A stretch of DNA of 63,013 bases, counting the filler, from Actinomycetota bacterium (lineage in GTDB: Bacteria; Actinomycetota; Acidimicrobiia; IMCC26256; VFJJ01), in NCBI GenBank assembly GCA_009886115.1. It is 4 parts of 4 records of this genome, joined end to end, with 100 filler letters (N's around TTAATTAATTAA, not from the genome) between each part and the next. Parts side by side here need not be neighbours in the genome. Positions count along the whole stretch, not along the records: positions 1 to 21,440 come from VFJJ01000224.1; 3 more parts are not named here. One strand, written 5' to 3'. Positions 8,434 to 17,614 of this stretch are shown piece after piece. The translations under genes and the position numbers were made by a program. The notes beneath the pieces were generated by a model. It made no database searches and was not told the origin of the DNA. It saw nothing but the letters and a program-made list of their open reading frames with translations. The stretch's first letter is position 1; each line of letters starts with the position of its first letter.

Positions 8434-10059
8434 GTGCTGTTCCCCACGATCCGGTTCGCCGTCTTCTTCGGTGCGGTGCTGGGCATCGGCTGGCTCCTCG
8501 CCCGCTGGCCCCCGTGGTGGAAGCGGTTCGTGCTCGTGGCGAGCTACGTCTTCTACGCCGGGTGGAACTGGCGGTTCGTCGGTCTCGTCGTCGCCTCCAC
8601 GCTGTTGAACCAGGCGATGGCCACCCGCATTCATCGGGCAGCCACCCGCGCCGCGGCCAAGGGTCTCCTGGTCGTCGCGGTCGTGGCCAACCTGGGCCTG
8701 CTCGGGTACTTCAAGTACTACGGCTTCTTCGCGTCGTCGCTCGTGAACCTGTTCCGAGACTGGGGGATCGAGCTCTCGCTGCCGGTCGTGCAGGTGATCC
8801 TCCCGGTCGGGATCTCGTTCTTCACGTTCCACGCCATCAGCTATGTGGTCGACGTGTACCGGGGCACCCTGGCGCCGGCCCGGTTGATCGACTTCGCCGT
8901 CTACATCGCCTTCTTCCCGCACCTGGTCGCCGGACCCATCGTCAGGGCGTCGGAGTTGCTCCCCCAACTGCGCCACCGGCTCGACCGCACCGGGGTCGAG
9001 ACCAGCCGCGCCGCGTTCCTCATCGTCGCCGGCCTGTTCAAGAAGGTCGTGCTGGCGAGCTATCTGTCGGATCACATCGTCGACCGGGTCTTCGCCAACC
9101 CCGAGCTGTACTCGGCGGCAGAGGTGCTCTTCGCCGTCTACGCGTATGCGATCCAGATCTACGCCGACTTCTCGGGCTACACCGACATCGCCATCGGCTG
9201 TGCGCTCCTCATGGGAATCCGCTTCCCCGACAACTTCAACGCTCCCTACGCGGCCGTGTCGATCCAGGACTTCTGGCGCCGCTGGCACATGACGCTCTCG
9301 CGCTGGCTGCGCGACTACCTCTACATCCCCCTTGGCGGGTCGCGCCGGGGCCGGGCCCGTACCTCGCTGAACCTGGTGCTCACCATGGTCTTGGGCGGCC
9401 TCTGGCACGGCGCCGACTGGCGGTTCGTCGTCTGGGGCGGGCTGCACGGCGGTGGCCAGGTCGTCGAGACCGCCGTTCGGTCGCGCCGGACCCGGGGACG
9501 GTTCCGGCGGCGCGAACGGCTCGGGATCGGCACGGCCGCTGGCGGCGACGGTGGCCGACCGGGCGACGAGAGCGACTCGCTGCGCCGGTTGGCGTTGCTG
9601 AACAAGGGCCTCCCCGACTCCATGTCCCGTGAGGCCCAGGTGACCGTGCTCTCCCGGGTCGAGACGGCCGCCCGCCGGCGCGAGGAACGCCGGCTCGTCC
9701 GGGCCGAGCGCGGCCCGACCGCGGCCGGGCGTTGGATCGGCCGTATCGCCACGTTCCACTTCGTGTGCCTGGGGTGGATCTTCTTCCGGGCCGAGTCGGT
9801 CGACCGGGGCTGGGACATGTGTCGCCGCCTCGTCGACGGCGGCTGGGGCTCGGCTCCCCTCGTGACGCCCCTCCTGGTTGTCGCCATCGCCGGTGCGCTC
9901 GTCTCCCAGCACGTCCCAGCGGTGATCATGACGGCGCTGCAGGAGCGCTTCTCCCGCCTGGTCCCTGCCCTCCAGGGCGCCCTCGTCGGCTGCGCCTTCC
10001 TCGTCATCGACGTCCTCGGCCCCACCGGCGTCGCCCCCTTCATCTACTTCCAGTTCTGA
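8434..10059 (+). CDS. MBOAT family O-acyltransferase (AlgI/PatA-like)
   Basis: LPVGISFFTF, DFSGYTDIA, FWRRWHMTLSRWLRDYLYIPLGG, GLWHGA, C-terminal PFIYFQF. Confidence 0.93.
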   Translation: MLFPTIRFAVFFGAVLGIGWLLARWPPWWKRFVLVASYVFYAGWNWRFVGLVVASTLLNQAMATRIHRAATRAAAKGLLVVAVVANLGLLGYFKYYGFFASSLVNLFRDWGIELSLPVVQVILPVGISFFTFHAISYVVDVYRGTLAPARLIDFAVYIAFFPHLVAGPIVRASELLPQLRHRLDRTGVETSRAAFLIVAGLFKKVVLASYLSDHIVDRVFANPELYSAAEVLFAVYAYAIQIYADFSGYTDIAIGCALLMGIRFPDNFNAPYAAVSIQDFWRRWHMTLSRWLRDYLYIPLGGSRRGRARTSLNLVLTMVLGGLWHGADWRFVVWGGLHGGGQVVETAVRSRRTRGRFRRRERLGIGTAAGGDGGRPGDESDSLRRLALLNKGLPDSMSREAQVTVLSRVETAARRREERRLVRAERGPTAAGRWIGRIATFHFVCLGWIFFRAESVDRGWDMCRRLVDGGWGSAPLVTPLLVVAIAGALVSQHVPAVIMTALQERFSRLVPALQGALVGCAFLVIDVLGPTGVAPFIYFQF

Positions 10060-10185
10060 TCCTCCACGTTCCGGCGCCTGGGCTGTCGTGCAGGCACGGG
10101 CCTCGGTGCTCAGTGACCGGTGAGCACTGGACCGTCCCGATGATCGCCCGCATTCGCTTCGTCGATCTCGGCTGATCCCAGGGCG

Positions 10186-10683
10186 TTGCCCGTTGCCCAC
10201 GTGCATGCGGTGCCCGCGAAAAGTGCAATATCGGACTATCGCGATGACCACACGAAGCTGCCCCTGCGGACGTGGCTGACCGTGGCCTGGATGATGACCG
10301 AGAACAGCGCCGGAGCGTCGGCGACCGCGGTACAGCGTGCGCTCGGCGTCAGCTACGGGGCGGCCTGGCACCTGCTCCACAAGCTGCGATCGGTCATGGC
10401 GCACGAGGCCAGCGCGGCTCTCGGTCGTGCTGTGGAGGTCGAGCACTCGCACACGACCCTTCCCCGCGTGCGCCGGGTCGCCTCGGCCCTCGACCGGTGG
10501 CTGCTCGAGACCCACCAACGAACGATCGCCGACGAGCACCTCCCGTTCTATCTCGACGAGTTCGTCTTCCGCATCGATCACGGCTCGGGCGGCTCTCCCG
10601 GTGAGCTCTTCCATGAGCTCATGACGCGAGCCCTGGCTGGCGAGCCCGTCCGCCGTCTCGATGTCATCGGCGGGCGACCGTGA
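10186..10683 (+). pseudogene. IS1595-family transposase remnant lacking the Zn ribbon and catalytic core
   Basis: TKLPLRTW..SATAVQRALGVSYGAAWHLLHKLR joined in frame to RVASALDRWLLETHQ..HLPFYLDEFVFR; no VEVDE..DDE core between them; start codon uncertain. Confidence 0.75.
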
Positions 10684-10881
10684 TACGGCCGCCCGCCGCA
10701 TCATCGTCGCGATCGTCCAGTTCGGCGTGAATTCCACAGGTGCCGCAGTTCGATGGGCACTGCGACGGTCGACGGGCAACGCCACGTCGGAGCACCACGG
10801 GGTTCGGTGATCGCAGCAGCCGGCTCATCTGATCGACAATGGGTGGGCACCGCTCGATCGTCGCGATGACAGGATGCACGC

Positions 10882-12084
10882 GTGCCGAACACTCCGCCGC
10901 CGACGCCGCCGACTCCGATGCAGTCGTCGTCAGCGCAGCCGATGCCGGAACCTCGTGCCCGCTCCGCCGGGGGACGGCGCATGTCGGCTCGCCAGACGTG
11001 TGCCGCGGTGGGCGTGTGCCTGTTGGTGGTGTCGTTGCTGTCGGCCGGGCAGATGGTCGAGTCGGCTCGGCGCATGGAGTTGGGCTCTCGTCGCGATCTG
11101 GCGCTGAGCGTGGCCACGAAGTTCGACCGGGTCAGCCACTTCCTGTCGCTCAATCGGCCCCGGGACTGGGCCAACGACGCGCTCGACCGCGACGTGGGCT
11201 TCGAGCCGGTCGTCGTGGGCCCGACACCGACGATCGACCCGGACGCCACGGCGAGCACGTCGACGACCACGATGCCAACGCCGCAGAGCACGACCGAGCC
11301 CACGCTGCTCCTCGAGGTGACGACGCCCCTGACGCCACCGGAGCGCGAGCCCACGTCGCCGGGGCGCGGCGACCCCACACGACCCGGGACGACCGCGACG
11401 GTGTCCACGCCGCCGCCGAACCAGGTTGGGCGCCGCACGCCGAGCGCCGAGGCCCCGCTCGTGATGTATGTCGGCGGCGACTCGATGGCCCGCGAGCTGG
11501 GCGAGTCGCTGCTGGCGCTGGTGGGTGCGTCGGGCGTCGTCGACACCGACCTCGAGTACCGGGTCTCGACGGGCCTGTCGCGGCCCGACTTCTTCGACTG
11601 GCCCGCCCGGCTCCAGGAGGAGGTCACCGATCGCCCCATGGAGGTGGCCGTCGTGCTCTTCGGTGCCAACGACGGCCAGAACCTCGAAGCGTTGGGCACG
11701 GTCTTGCCGTTCGGGACCCCGGAGTGGATCGCCGAGTACCACCGCCGGGTCGCCGCCGCGATGGACGTCCTCTACGCGCCTGGCCGCGACGTGGTGTGGG
11801 TCGGCATGCCGATCTGCCGTTCGGCGAGCTACTCCGAGAAGCTCAGGATCATGAACCAGGTCTATGCGGACGAGGCGGCCAAGCGGCCGTGGGTGCGATT
11901 CGTCGACACCTACACCATGTTCTCCGACACCGACGGCGCCTACGCCGACTACCTGCCCGGCGCGGGTCACGAGCTCACCCTCATGCGCCAAGGCGACGGG
12001 ATCCACTGGTCGCGCCAGGGTGGCGACCGGGTCGCACAGGCCGTCTTCGACCTCGTCGACGCGACCTGGAACCTCCCCGGCTAA
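10882..12084 (+). CDS. SGNH/GDSL-like protein (DUF459/PatB-like), membrane anchored
   Basis: GGDSMA, STGLSRPDFFDW, FGAND, DGIHWS motifs; N-terminal TM and Thr/Pro linker; start uncertain (alternative ATG 10981). Confidence 0.85.
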   Translation: MPNTPPPTPPTPMQSSSAQPMPEPRARSAGGRRMSARQTCAAVGVCLLVVSLLSAGQMVESARRMELGSRRDLALSVATKFDRVSHFLSLNRPRDWANDALDRDVGFEPVVVGPTPTIDPDATASTSTTTMPTPQSTTEPTLLLEVTTPLTPPEREPTSPGRGDPTRPGTTATVSTPPPNQVGRRTPSAEAPLVMYVGGDSMARELGESLLALVGASGVVDTDLEYRVSTGLSRPDFFDWPARLQEEVTDRPMEVAVVLFGANDGQNLEALGTVLPFGTPEWIAEYHRRVAAAMDVLYAPGRDVVWVGMPICRSASYSEKLRIMNQVYADEAAKRPWVRFVDTYTMFSDTDGAYADYLPGAGHELTLMRQGDGIHWSRQGGDRVAQAVFDLVDATWNLPG

Positions 12085-12100
12085 CCGCAAGGAGCACGCC

Positions 12101-12916
12101 ATGTGCGGTCGGTACACCTCGGCGACCCCGCCGACCATGCTCGCTGAGCACTTCAAGGTCGAGAGCCTTCGAGGCGACGACCTGGGCGAGAACTACAACG
12201 TCGCGCCGACCAGCCGCGTCTACGCGGTGGCCCAGCACGAGGGCGAACGGACGCTCGGGACGTTCCGATGGGGGTTGGTGCCGCCCTGGGCCAAGGACCC
12301 GTCGATCGGCTCGAAGATGATCAACGCCAGGGCCGAGACGGTCGCAACCAAGAACTCGTTCCGCAACGCGTTCAAGCACAAGCGCTGCATCGTTCCGGCC
12401 GACGGGTTCTACGAGTGGCAGGTGATCACTGACCGCGGCGATCACGCACGGAAGCCAACGAAGCAGCCGGTGTGGATCCACCGGGTCGACGGTCAGCCGC
12501 TGGCGTTCGCCGGCCTCTGGGAGCTGTGGCGTCCACGGGCTCCATCGACGCTGGCATCGACGCTGGCATCGTCGGCGGTCGAGGGTTCCGACGCGGTCGC
12601 CCCTTCCGTCGCCGAACCGGCTAACGAGCCCCTGCGCACCTGCACCATCCTCACGACCTCGGCCAACGACCGCTTGAGCCCGGTCCACGACCGGATGCCG
12701 GTGATCCTCCCCGAGTCGGCGTGGGAGCGTTGGCTCGACGCTGGATTCGGCGCCGACCCCGACGAGCTCGATGTCCTGCAAGGCTTGCTGATTCCCGCGG
12801 CGAACGACGTCGTCACCTTCCACCCGGTGAGCACGGCCGTGAACAACGTCCGCAACCGCGGGCCCGAGCTGATTCGCCGGTTCGACCCCGAGACGGGTGA
12901 GCTCGCGCTGACCTGA
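12101..12916 (+). CDS. SOS response-associated peptidase (SRAP; YedK/HMCES family)
   Basis: N-terminal MCGRY, YNVAPT, INARAET, DGFYEW, HDRMPVIL; AAGGAG RBS. Confidence 0.95.
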   Translation: MCGRYTSATPPTMLAEHFKVESLRGDDLGENYNVAPTSRVYAVAQHEGERTLGTFRWGLVPPWAKDPSIGSKMINARAETVATKNSFRNAFKHKRCIVPADGFYEWQVITDRGDHARKPTKQPVWIHRVDGQPLAFAGLWELWRPRAPSTLASTLASSAVEGSDAVAPSVAEPANEPLRTCTILTTSANDRLSPVHDRMPVILPESAWERWLDAGFGADPDELDVLQGLLIPAANDVVTFHPVSTAVNNVRNRGPELIRRFDPETGELALT

Positions 12917-13776
12917 GCGGCAGCCTTCGGGAACCGCAGCGTGAGCACGTGGCGGAAGTACTGGGCCGCGACCGCGAGGCTGGCCTTCGACTCGCCGGAA
13001 TGGCGGTCTTCGAACACGAACGGGATCTCGGCGACGCGCAAGCCTGGTGAGCGCACGAGGATCTCGAGCAGGATCTTGAACCCGTCGGGACGCAGGTCGT
13101 CGATGCTGATCGCCTTGCGGCGCATGATGAAGAAGCCGCTCATGGGGTCGGTCACGTCAACGAGCCGACCGGGGAACGCGAGCCGGGCCACGTTGGTCAT
13201 CAGCCGCGAGATCGCGGTACGGGCGAGGTCGAGGCCCTGGGACGAGCCCTCGGCGCAGTACCGCGACGCCACCACGAGGTCGATCTCCCGGCCCGCCGCC
13301 CGGGCCCGTTCGAACAGGGCGGGGACGAGCTCGGGAGGATGCTGCAGATCGCCGTCGATCACGCAGACCCAGTCGGCCCCGGTCACCTTCAGCCCGTCGA
13401 CGACCGCTCCGCCGAGCCCGCCCCAGCGCTCGCCGGGCCGCCGGTGGACGCACCAGATCTCGCCGTCCCATGCCGAGCGCACGGCCTCGACCGCCGCCGG
13501 CGTGTCGTCGTCGGAGTCGTCGACGAACAGCGCCTCGCACGCAACGCCGTCGTCGCGCACGACCTCGAGCGCCCGATCGAGGCGCTCGATCAGGGCCGCG
13601 ACGTTGCCTGCCTCGTTGCGGGTCGGGACGATGACCGCCAGCGTGAGCCGCCGGGTCGGAAGCGGCGGGATGCCGGGCCGAGCTGGCGGCGTCGCCGTTA
13701 TCATCCGGGTCACGGCATCGGTGGCCTCGACCATGGCGGCGAGGCTCGCTTCGGCGATGTGGTGTTCGGTGGCCAT
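12493..13776 (-). CDS. GT2 glycosyltransferase, polyprenol-phosphate mannose synthase-like; 3' end overlaps SRAP antisense
   Basis: VIVPTRNE, FVDDSDD, IDGDLQHPP, VVASRY, DPMSGFF, GFKILLE motifs; homology ends near 12930; start uncertain. Confidence 0.8.
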   Translation of the reverse strand: MATEHHIAEASLAAMVEATDAVTRMITATPPARPGIPPLPTRRLTLAVIVPTRNEAGNVAALIERLDRALEVVRDDGVACEALFVDDSDDDTPAAVEAVRSAWDGEIWCVHRRPGERWGGLGGAVVDGLKVTGADWVCVIDGDLQHPPELVPALFERARAAGREIDLVVASRYCAEGSSQGLDLARTAISRLMTNVARLAFPGRLVDVTDPMSGFFIMRRKAISIDDLRPDGFKILLEILVRSPGLRVAEIPFVFEDRHSGESKASLAVAAQYFRHVLTLRFPKAAAQVSASSPVSGSNRRISSGPRLRTLFTAVLTGWKVTTSFAAGISKPCRTSSSSGSAPNPASSQRSHADSGRITGIRSWTGLKRSLAEVVRMVQVRRGSLAGSATEGATASEPSTADDASVDASVDGARGRHSSQRPANASG

Positions 13777-13872
13777 GATCCCGTCCGTGGGTGCGCAGCG
13801 TGAGTTGCGCATCACCATCGTCGGCCGGAGCGCCCGAGAATTAACGGCTGGACTGGTGCCATACTGCCGAGC

Positions 13873-15591
13873 ATGTCGACCCAGGGCCTCAACTTCGCCG
13901 ACTTGTGGGAGCACATCGCTGACGCCGTGCCCGACGAGCCGGCAACCGTCCACGGTTCGCGGCGACGCACCTGGCGGGAGCTCGACGACCGATCGTCGCG
14001 CCTGGCCCGGGTGCTTCGAGACCACGGCCTGGGCCCGGGCTCGAAGGTCGCGTGCTACCTCCACAACTCCGATGCCTACATCGAGGCGCTCTTCGCCACG
14101 TTCAAGCTTCGGGGCGTGCCGGTGAACGTCAACTACCGCTACGTCGAAGGTGAGCTCGCCTACCTGCTCGACAACAGCGATGCCGAGGCGATCGTCTTCG
14201 ATGCCCACCTCACCGAACGGGTGTCGGGCGCCAGGAGCGGCGCCCCCATGCTGAAGGTGGCCCTGTCGGTGGCGGCCACGACCGACCCGGCCACCAACCC
14301 CGCCCCCGGGGATCCCGTCGGGGCAACCTCCGGGGACGACGTGCACGGGCTCCCCGGTTGGGCGCTCGATCACGACGGCGCCATCGAGGCCGCCGATCCA
14401 ATGCCGCGCATCCACCGGTCGGACGAGGATCAGCTCTTCCTCTACACCGGCGGCACGACCGGGATGCCCAAGGGCGTCATGTGGCGTCAACGCGAGCTCC
14501 TGGAGCTCTTCCTGCCGCTCGTGGCCCTGTACGGAGCCTCGCCGCCCGCCACCAACGAGGGTGCAGGCGAGATGGCCCGGTTCCTGCGCGAGACCGCCAA
14601 CGTGCCCCGCCATCTCCCGGCCGCCCCCCTCATGCACGGAACGGGGCAGTTCTCGACGTTGCAGCATCTCTCGTTCTCGGGATCGATCGTCACGCTCACG
14701 CCGCGCCACTTCGATCCCGACCATCTCTGGCAGATCGTGCAGGCCGAGCGGGTGCGCACGATCGCCATCGTCGGCGACGCTTTCGCGCAACCCATGCTCA
14801 ACGCCCTCGACGCGGCCGCGGAGCGGGGCGAGCCCTACGACCTCTCGTCGCTCTACATCCTCATCAGCTCGGGTGTCATGTGGAGCGCACCGGTCAAGCA
14901 GGGTCTGCAGCGCCACGGCTCGATGATCCTCTTCGACAGCTTGGGATCGAGCGAGGGCATGGGCTTCGGCACAGCCGTCGTCGCCCCCGGCCAGGACGCC
15001 CCGACCGCCCGGTTCGCCGTGGGCGACCAGGCTTGCGTGCTCGCCGCCGACGGTCGACGGATCGAGCCCGGCTCGGGCGAGGTCGGCGTGCTCGCCGTTG
15101 CCGGCCCGCTCCCGCTCGGCTACTACAAGGATCCCGACAAGTCCGCCCGGACCTTCCCCGAGTTGGGCGGCGTCCGGTACTCGATCCCCGGTGACTACGC
15201 GACCCCCGAGGCCGACGGTTCGATCACCTTGCTCGGCCGGGGCTCGGTGTGTATCAACAGCGGGGGCGAGAAGGTGTATCCCGAGGAGGTCGAGGAGGCC
15301 CTGAAGGAGCACCCGGCGGTGCTCGACTGCACGGTCGTGGGGGTCCCCGACGAACGGTTCGGCCAGGCGATCGCCGCGGTGATCTCGTTCGTGCCCCCGT
15401 CGGCCGGCGAGCGGCCGTCCGACGACGAGATCCTGGCCTCGGTCAGGTCCAGGCTTGCGGGCTACAAGCGTCCCCGGCATCTGGTGACGGTGCCCGCGGT
15501 GCGCCGAGGTCCCAACGGCAAGGCCGACTACGCCTGGGCCACGCAGGTGGCGCTCGCTGCGCTGGCCGCTCCCGAAGGAGCCCTCACGTGA
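13873..15591 (+). CDS. Acyl-CoA synthetase (FadD19-like)
   Basis: YTGGTTGMPKG, LLGRGSVCINSGGEKVYPEEVE, PNGKADY motifs. Confidence 0.92.
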   Translation: MSTQGLNFADLWEHIADAVPDEPATVHGSRRRTWRELDDRSSRLARVLRDHGLGPGSKVACYLHNSDAYIEALFATFKLRGVPVNVNYRYVEGELAYLLDNSDAEAIVFDAHLTERVSGARSGAPMLKVALSVAATTDPATNPAPGDPVGATSGDDVHGLPGWALDHDGAIEAADPMPRIHRSDEDQLFLYTGGTTGMPKGVMWRQRELLELFLPLVALYGASPPATNEGAGEMARFLRETANVPRHLPAAPLMHGTGQFSTLQHLSFSGSIVTLTPRHFDPDHLWQIVQAERVRTIAIVGDAFAQPMLNALDAAAERGEPYDLSSLYILISSGVMWSAPVKQGLQRHGSMILFDSLGSSEGMGFGTAVVAPGQDAPTARFAVGDQACVLAADGRRIEPGSGEVGVLAVAGPLPLGYYKDPDKSARTFPELGGVRYSIPGDYATPEADGSITLLGRGSVCINSGGEKVYPEEVEEALKEHPAVLDCTVVGVPDERFGQAIAAVISFVPPSAGERPSDDEILASVRSRLAGYKRPRHLVTVPAVRRGPNGKADYAWATQVALAALAAPEGALT

Positions 15592-16205
15592 CCCGTGAGC
15601 AGCTGCCCATGTTCCCGCTCGGGAGCCCGCTCGTGCCGGGCATGGGGCTGCCCCTGCGGATCTTCGAGCCCCGCTACCGGGCCATGATCGTGGAGGTGCT
15701 CGTAGGTTCGGGTGAGTTCGGCGTCGTGCTCATCGAGCGGGGCTTCGAGGTGGGCGGCGGCGACGTCCGATTCGATGTGGGCACCATCGCTCGGATCGTG
15801 CGGGCCGGCGAGTCGCCCGACGGGCAGTTCTCGCTCGAGACCGTGGGTACCGAACGGATCCAGGTTCACCAATGGCTGCCTGACGATCCGTACCCTCAGG
15901 CGATGGTCGAGCGCCTCGCCGATCCGCCACCGGGGGCCGATGCCGCTGCGGCCCGCGACGAGCTCGACCGGCTGCTGCGACGGGTGCTGGCCCTGCGATC
16001 CGAGCTCGGGCAACCATCGCCTGGCGTCGAGTTGCACGGCGATCCGGCCGTGGCGTCGTGGCACGCCGCGCTCGTCGCCGGCCTCGGCCCGCTCGACGTC
16101 CAGCGGCTCCTGGGTCTGCTCGGGCCCGACGAGCGTCTGGCTGTGGTGTCTGAGAACCTCGCGGAGCTCGCCGAGGTGCTGGAGATGACACTGCGAGCCG
16201 GCTGA
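15588..16205 (+). CDS. LON peptidase N-terminal substrate-binding domain protein
   Basis: LPMFPL..LPLRIFEPRY..FGVVLIERG; GTG overlaps the upstream stop. Confidence 0.9.
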   Translation: MTREQLPMFPLGSPLVPGMGLPLRIFEPRYRAMIVEVLVGSGEFGVVLIERGFEVGGGDVRFDVGTIARIVRAGESPDGQFSLETVGTERIQVHQWLPDDPYPQAMVERLADPPPGADAAAARDELDRLLRRVLALRSELGQPSPGVELHGDPAVASWHAALVAGLGPLDVQRLLGLLGPDERLAVVSENLAELAEVLEMTLRAG

Positions 16206-16231
16206 GCGATCGCGGCTGGTAGGTTGCCAGC

Positions 16232-16399
16232 ATGGATCCGGAGCACATCAACCAGGGCGCCGCCGTCCACGAGACCGCCGGCCACGAGACCGCCGTCCAC
16301 GACGCCGATGCGTCCGGCGACCTCGACGCGCAGGTCTCGGAGCTCGAGGCCGCCGTGGCCGCCATCGAGGCCGAGCTGCACGCCGTCGAGACCGACTGA
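16232..16399 (+). CDS. Small acidic coiled-coil-like protein, 55 aa (absent from the ORF track)
   Basis: MDPEHINQ...DLDAQVSELEAAVAAIEAELHAVETD; fills the gap between two genes; TAGGTT -10-like hexamer 6 nt before the ATG. Confidence 0.55.
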   Translation: MDPEHINQGAAVHETAGHETAVHDADASGDLDAQVSELEAAVAAIEAELHAVETD

Positions 16400-16409
16400 C
16401 GGGCCCGGC

Positions 16410-16652
16410 GTGGCTCGCCTGCTCCTGTTCGCCCAGGCCCGTGAGATCGCCGGACGATCATCCGACTCCGTGGCCGGTTCCACCGTGGCTGAGGTGCTCG
16501 CAGCGGCCGTTGCGGCCTACGGCGACGAGTTCGCCGCGCTGCTGGAGTGCTGCCGGGTGTGGGTGAACGGCGACGAGCCGCCCGAGGGTCTCGCCAGCAT
16601 GGTGGGCGAAGCCGACGAGGTGGCCATCATCCCCCCGGTCAGCGGCGGCTGA
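16410..16652 (+). CDS. MoaD/ThiS family sulfur-carrier (ubiquitin-like) protein
   Basis: LLFAQARE..VWVNG..DEVAIIPPVSGG with C-terminal Gly-Gly. Confidence 0.9.
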   Translation: MARLLLFAQAREIAGRSSDSVAGSTVAEVLAAAVAAYGDEFAALLECCRVWVNGDEPPEGLASMVGEADEVAIIPPVSGG

Positions 16653-16688
16653 CCGGGGTTACAACCGGGAGCCCAGAGCCCTAGAGCC

Positions 16689-17414
16689 TCAGCCGAGGAC
16701 GATCGCGTTCAGGATGATGAACACGACCAGCAGGACGCCGCCGGCGATCAGCGTGTCCTTGTGGGTCTCGAGCATCTTCTTGGTGGGCCCGGGGCCCGTG
16801 CCCTGAATGAGCCCGAGGGCGTTGGCTTCGAAGGCGCCGACGATCACGACCGTGAGAATGAACCAGATGGCCCTCGCCCCGCCGCCCGGCTGTCCCCCGG
16901 TGTAGTTCCCGTGACCGGCGGCCACCATGAAGAAGAGCATCGTGATCGAGAGCAGGGTGTTGGTGCGCGACGCCAGCAAGGCCTTGCGACCTGCGGGACC
17001 GGCTGCGGGATCGGGTTCCTGCCCGCTGGCGACACGCTCGGCGTTGGCGATCACGACCTGCTGGTTGGGCCAGATCACCATCCACACGTTGTAGAACATC
17101 ACCAACGCCATGATGATGCCTGCGAGCAACGCGCTCCCCTGGGCACGCTTCCAGTAGATACCCTGGTCGGGCACCGTGGCGATGATCAAGACACCAAAGG
17201 CCACCGTGGCCACCGCGGCCCAACGGAACCACCAGAGGGCCTTGACCGCGAGCTTGCGGATGGCGTCGGTTCGGGCCGGGGCCTCCATCTGGGCGAAGGC
17301 CGGCACCTGGACGAGGTTGAAGTAGTACAGCAACCCGATCCACGCGATACCGGACAAGATGTGCCCGTAGCGGAACAGCACGCTGTACAACCCGAACTTG
17401 TTGAAGAGATCCAT
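16689..17414 (-). CDS. PuuD / urate-oxidase N-terminal-like membrane protein without a cytochrome c domain
   Basis: HILSGIAWIGLLYYFN, WWFRWAA, NVWMVIWPNQ, ASRTNT motifs; multiple TM helices; no CxxCH. Confidence 0.8.
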   Translation of the reverse strand: MDLFNKFGLYSVLFRYGHILSGIAWIGLLYYFNLVQVPAFAQMEAPARTDAIRKLAVKALWWFRWAAVATVAFGVLIIATVPDQGIYWKRAQGSALLAGIIMALVMFYNVWMVIWPNQQVVIANAERVASGQEPDPAAGPAGRKALLASRTNTLLSITMLFFMVAAGHGNYTGGQPGGGARAIWFILTVVIVGAFEANALGLIQGTGPGPTKKMLETHKDTLIAGGVLLVVFIILNAIVLG

Positions 17415-17563
17415 GCACTCCCCCTGGTGAGACCCTGGAAACTGGCGGCACACTATCGCCGTCTCGCTCGTCGCGCACGGTTTGGTCAGTGGCCCCGCGT
17501 TGTCGGGGAGGCCCGGGCGGGCTACGGTGTTCGAACGCCGGTCCACGGACCGGCTTTCGCATG

Positions 17564-17606
17564 CCGAAGCACCGAAGCACCGAAGCACCGAAGCACCGCA
17601 GCACCG
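17564..17606. repeat. 8-bp tandem repeat (CCGAAGCA) about 5 copies
   Basis: ccgaagca repeated directly before the M23 ATG at 17615. Confidence 0.85.
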
Positions 17607-17614
17607 GAACACCT

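Noticed and set aside
16232..16399. Pup (prokaryotic ubiquitin-like protein)
   Set aside because: Similar size and acidity but no C-terminal GGE/GGQ and no proteasome genes nearby
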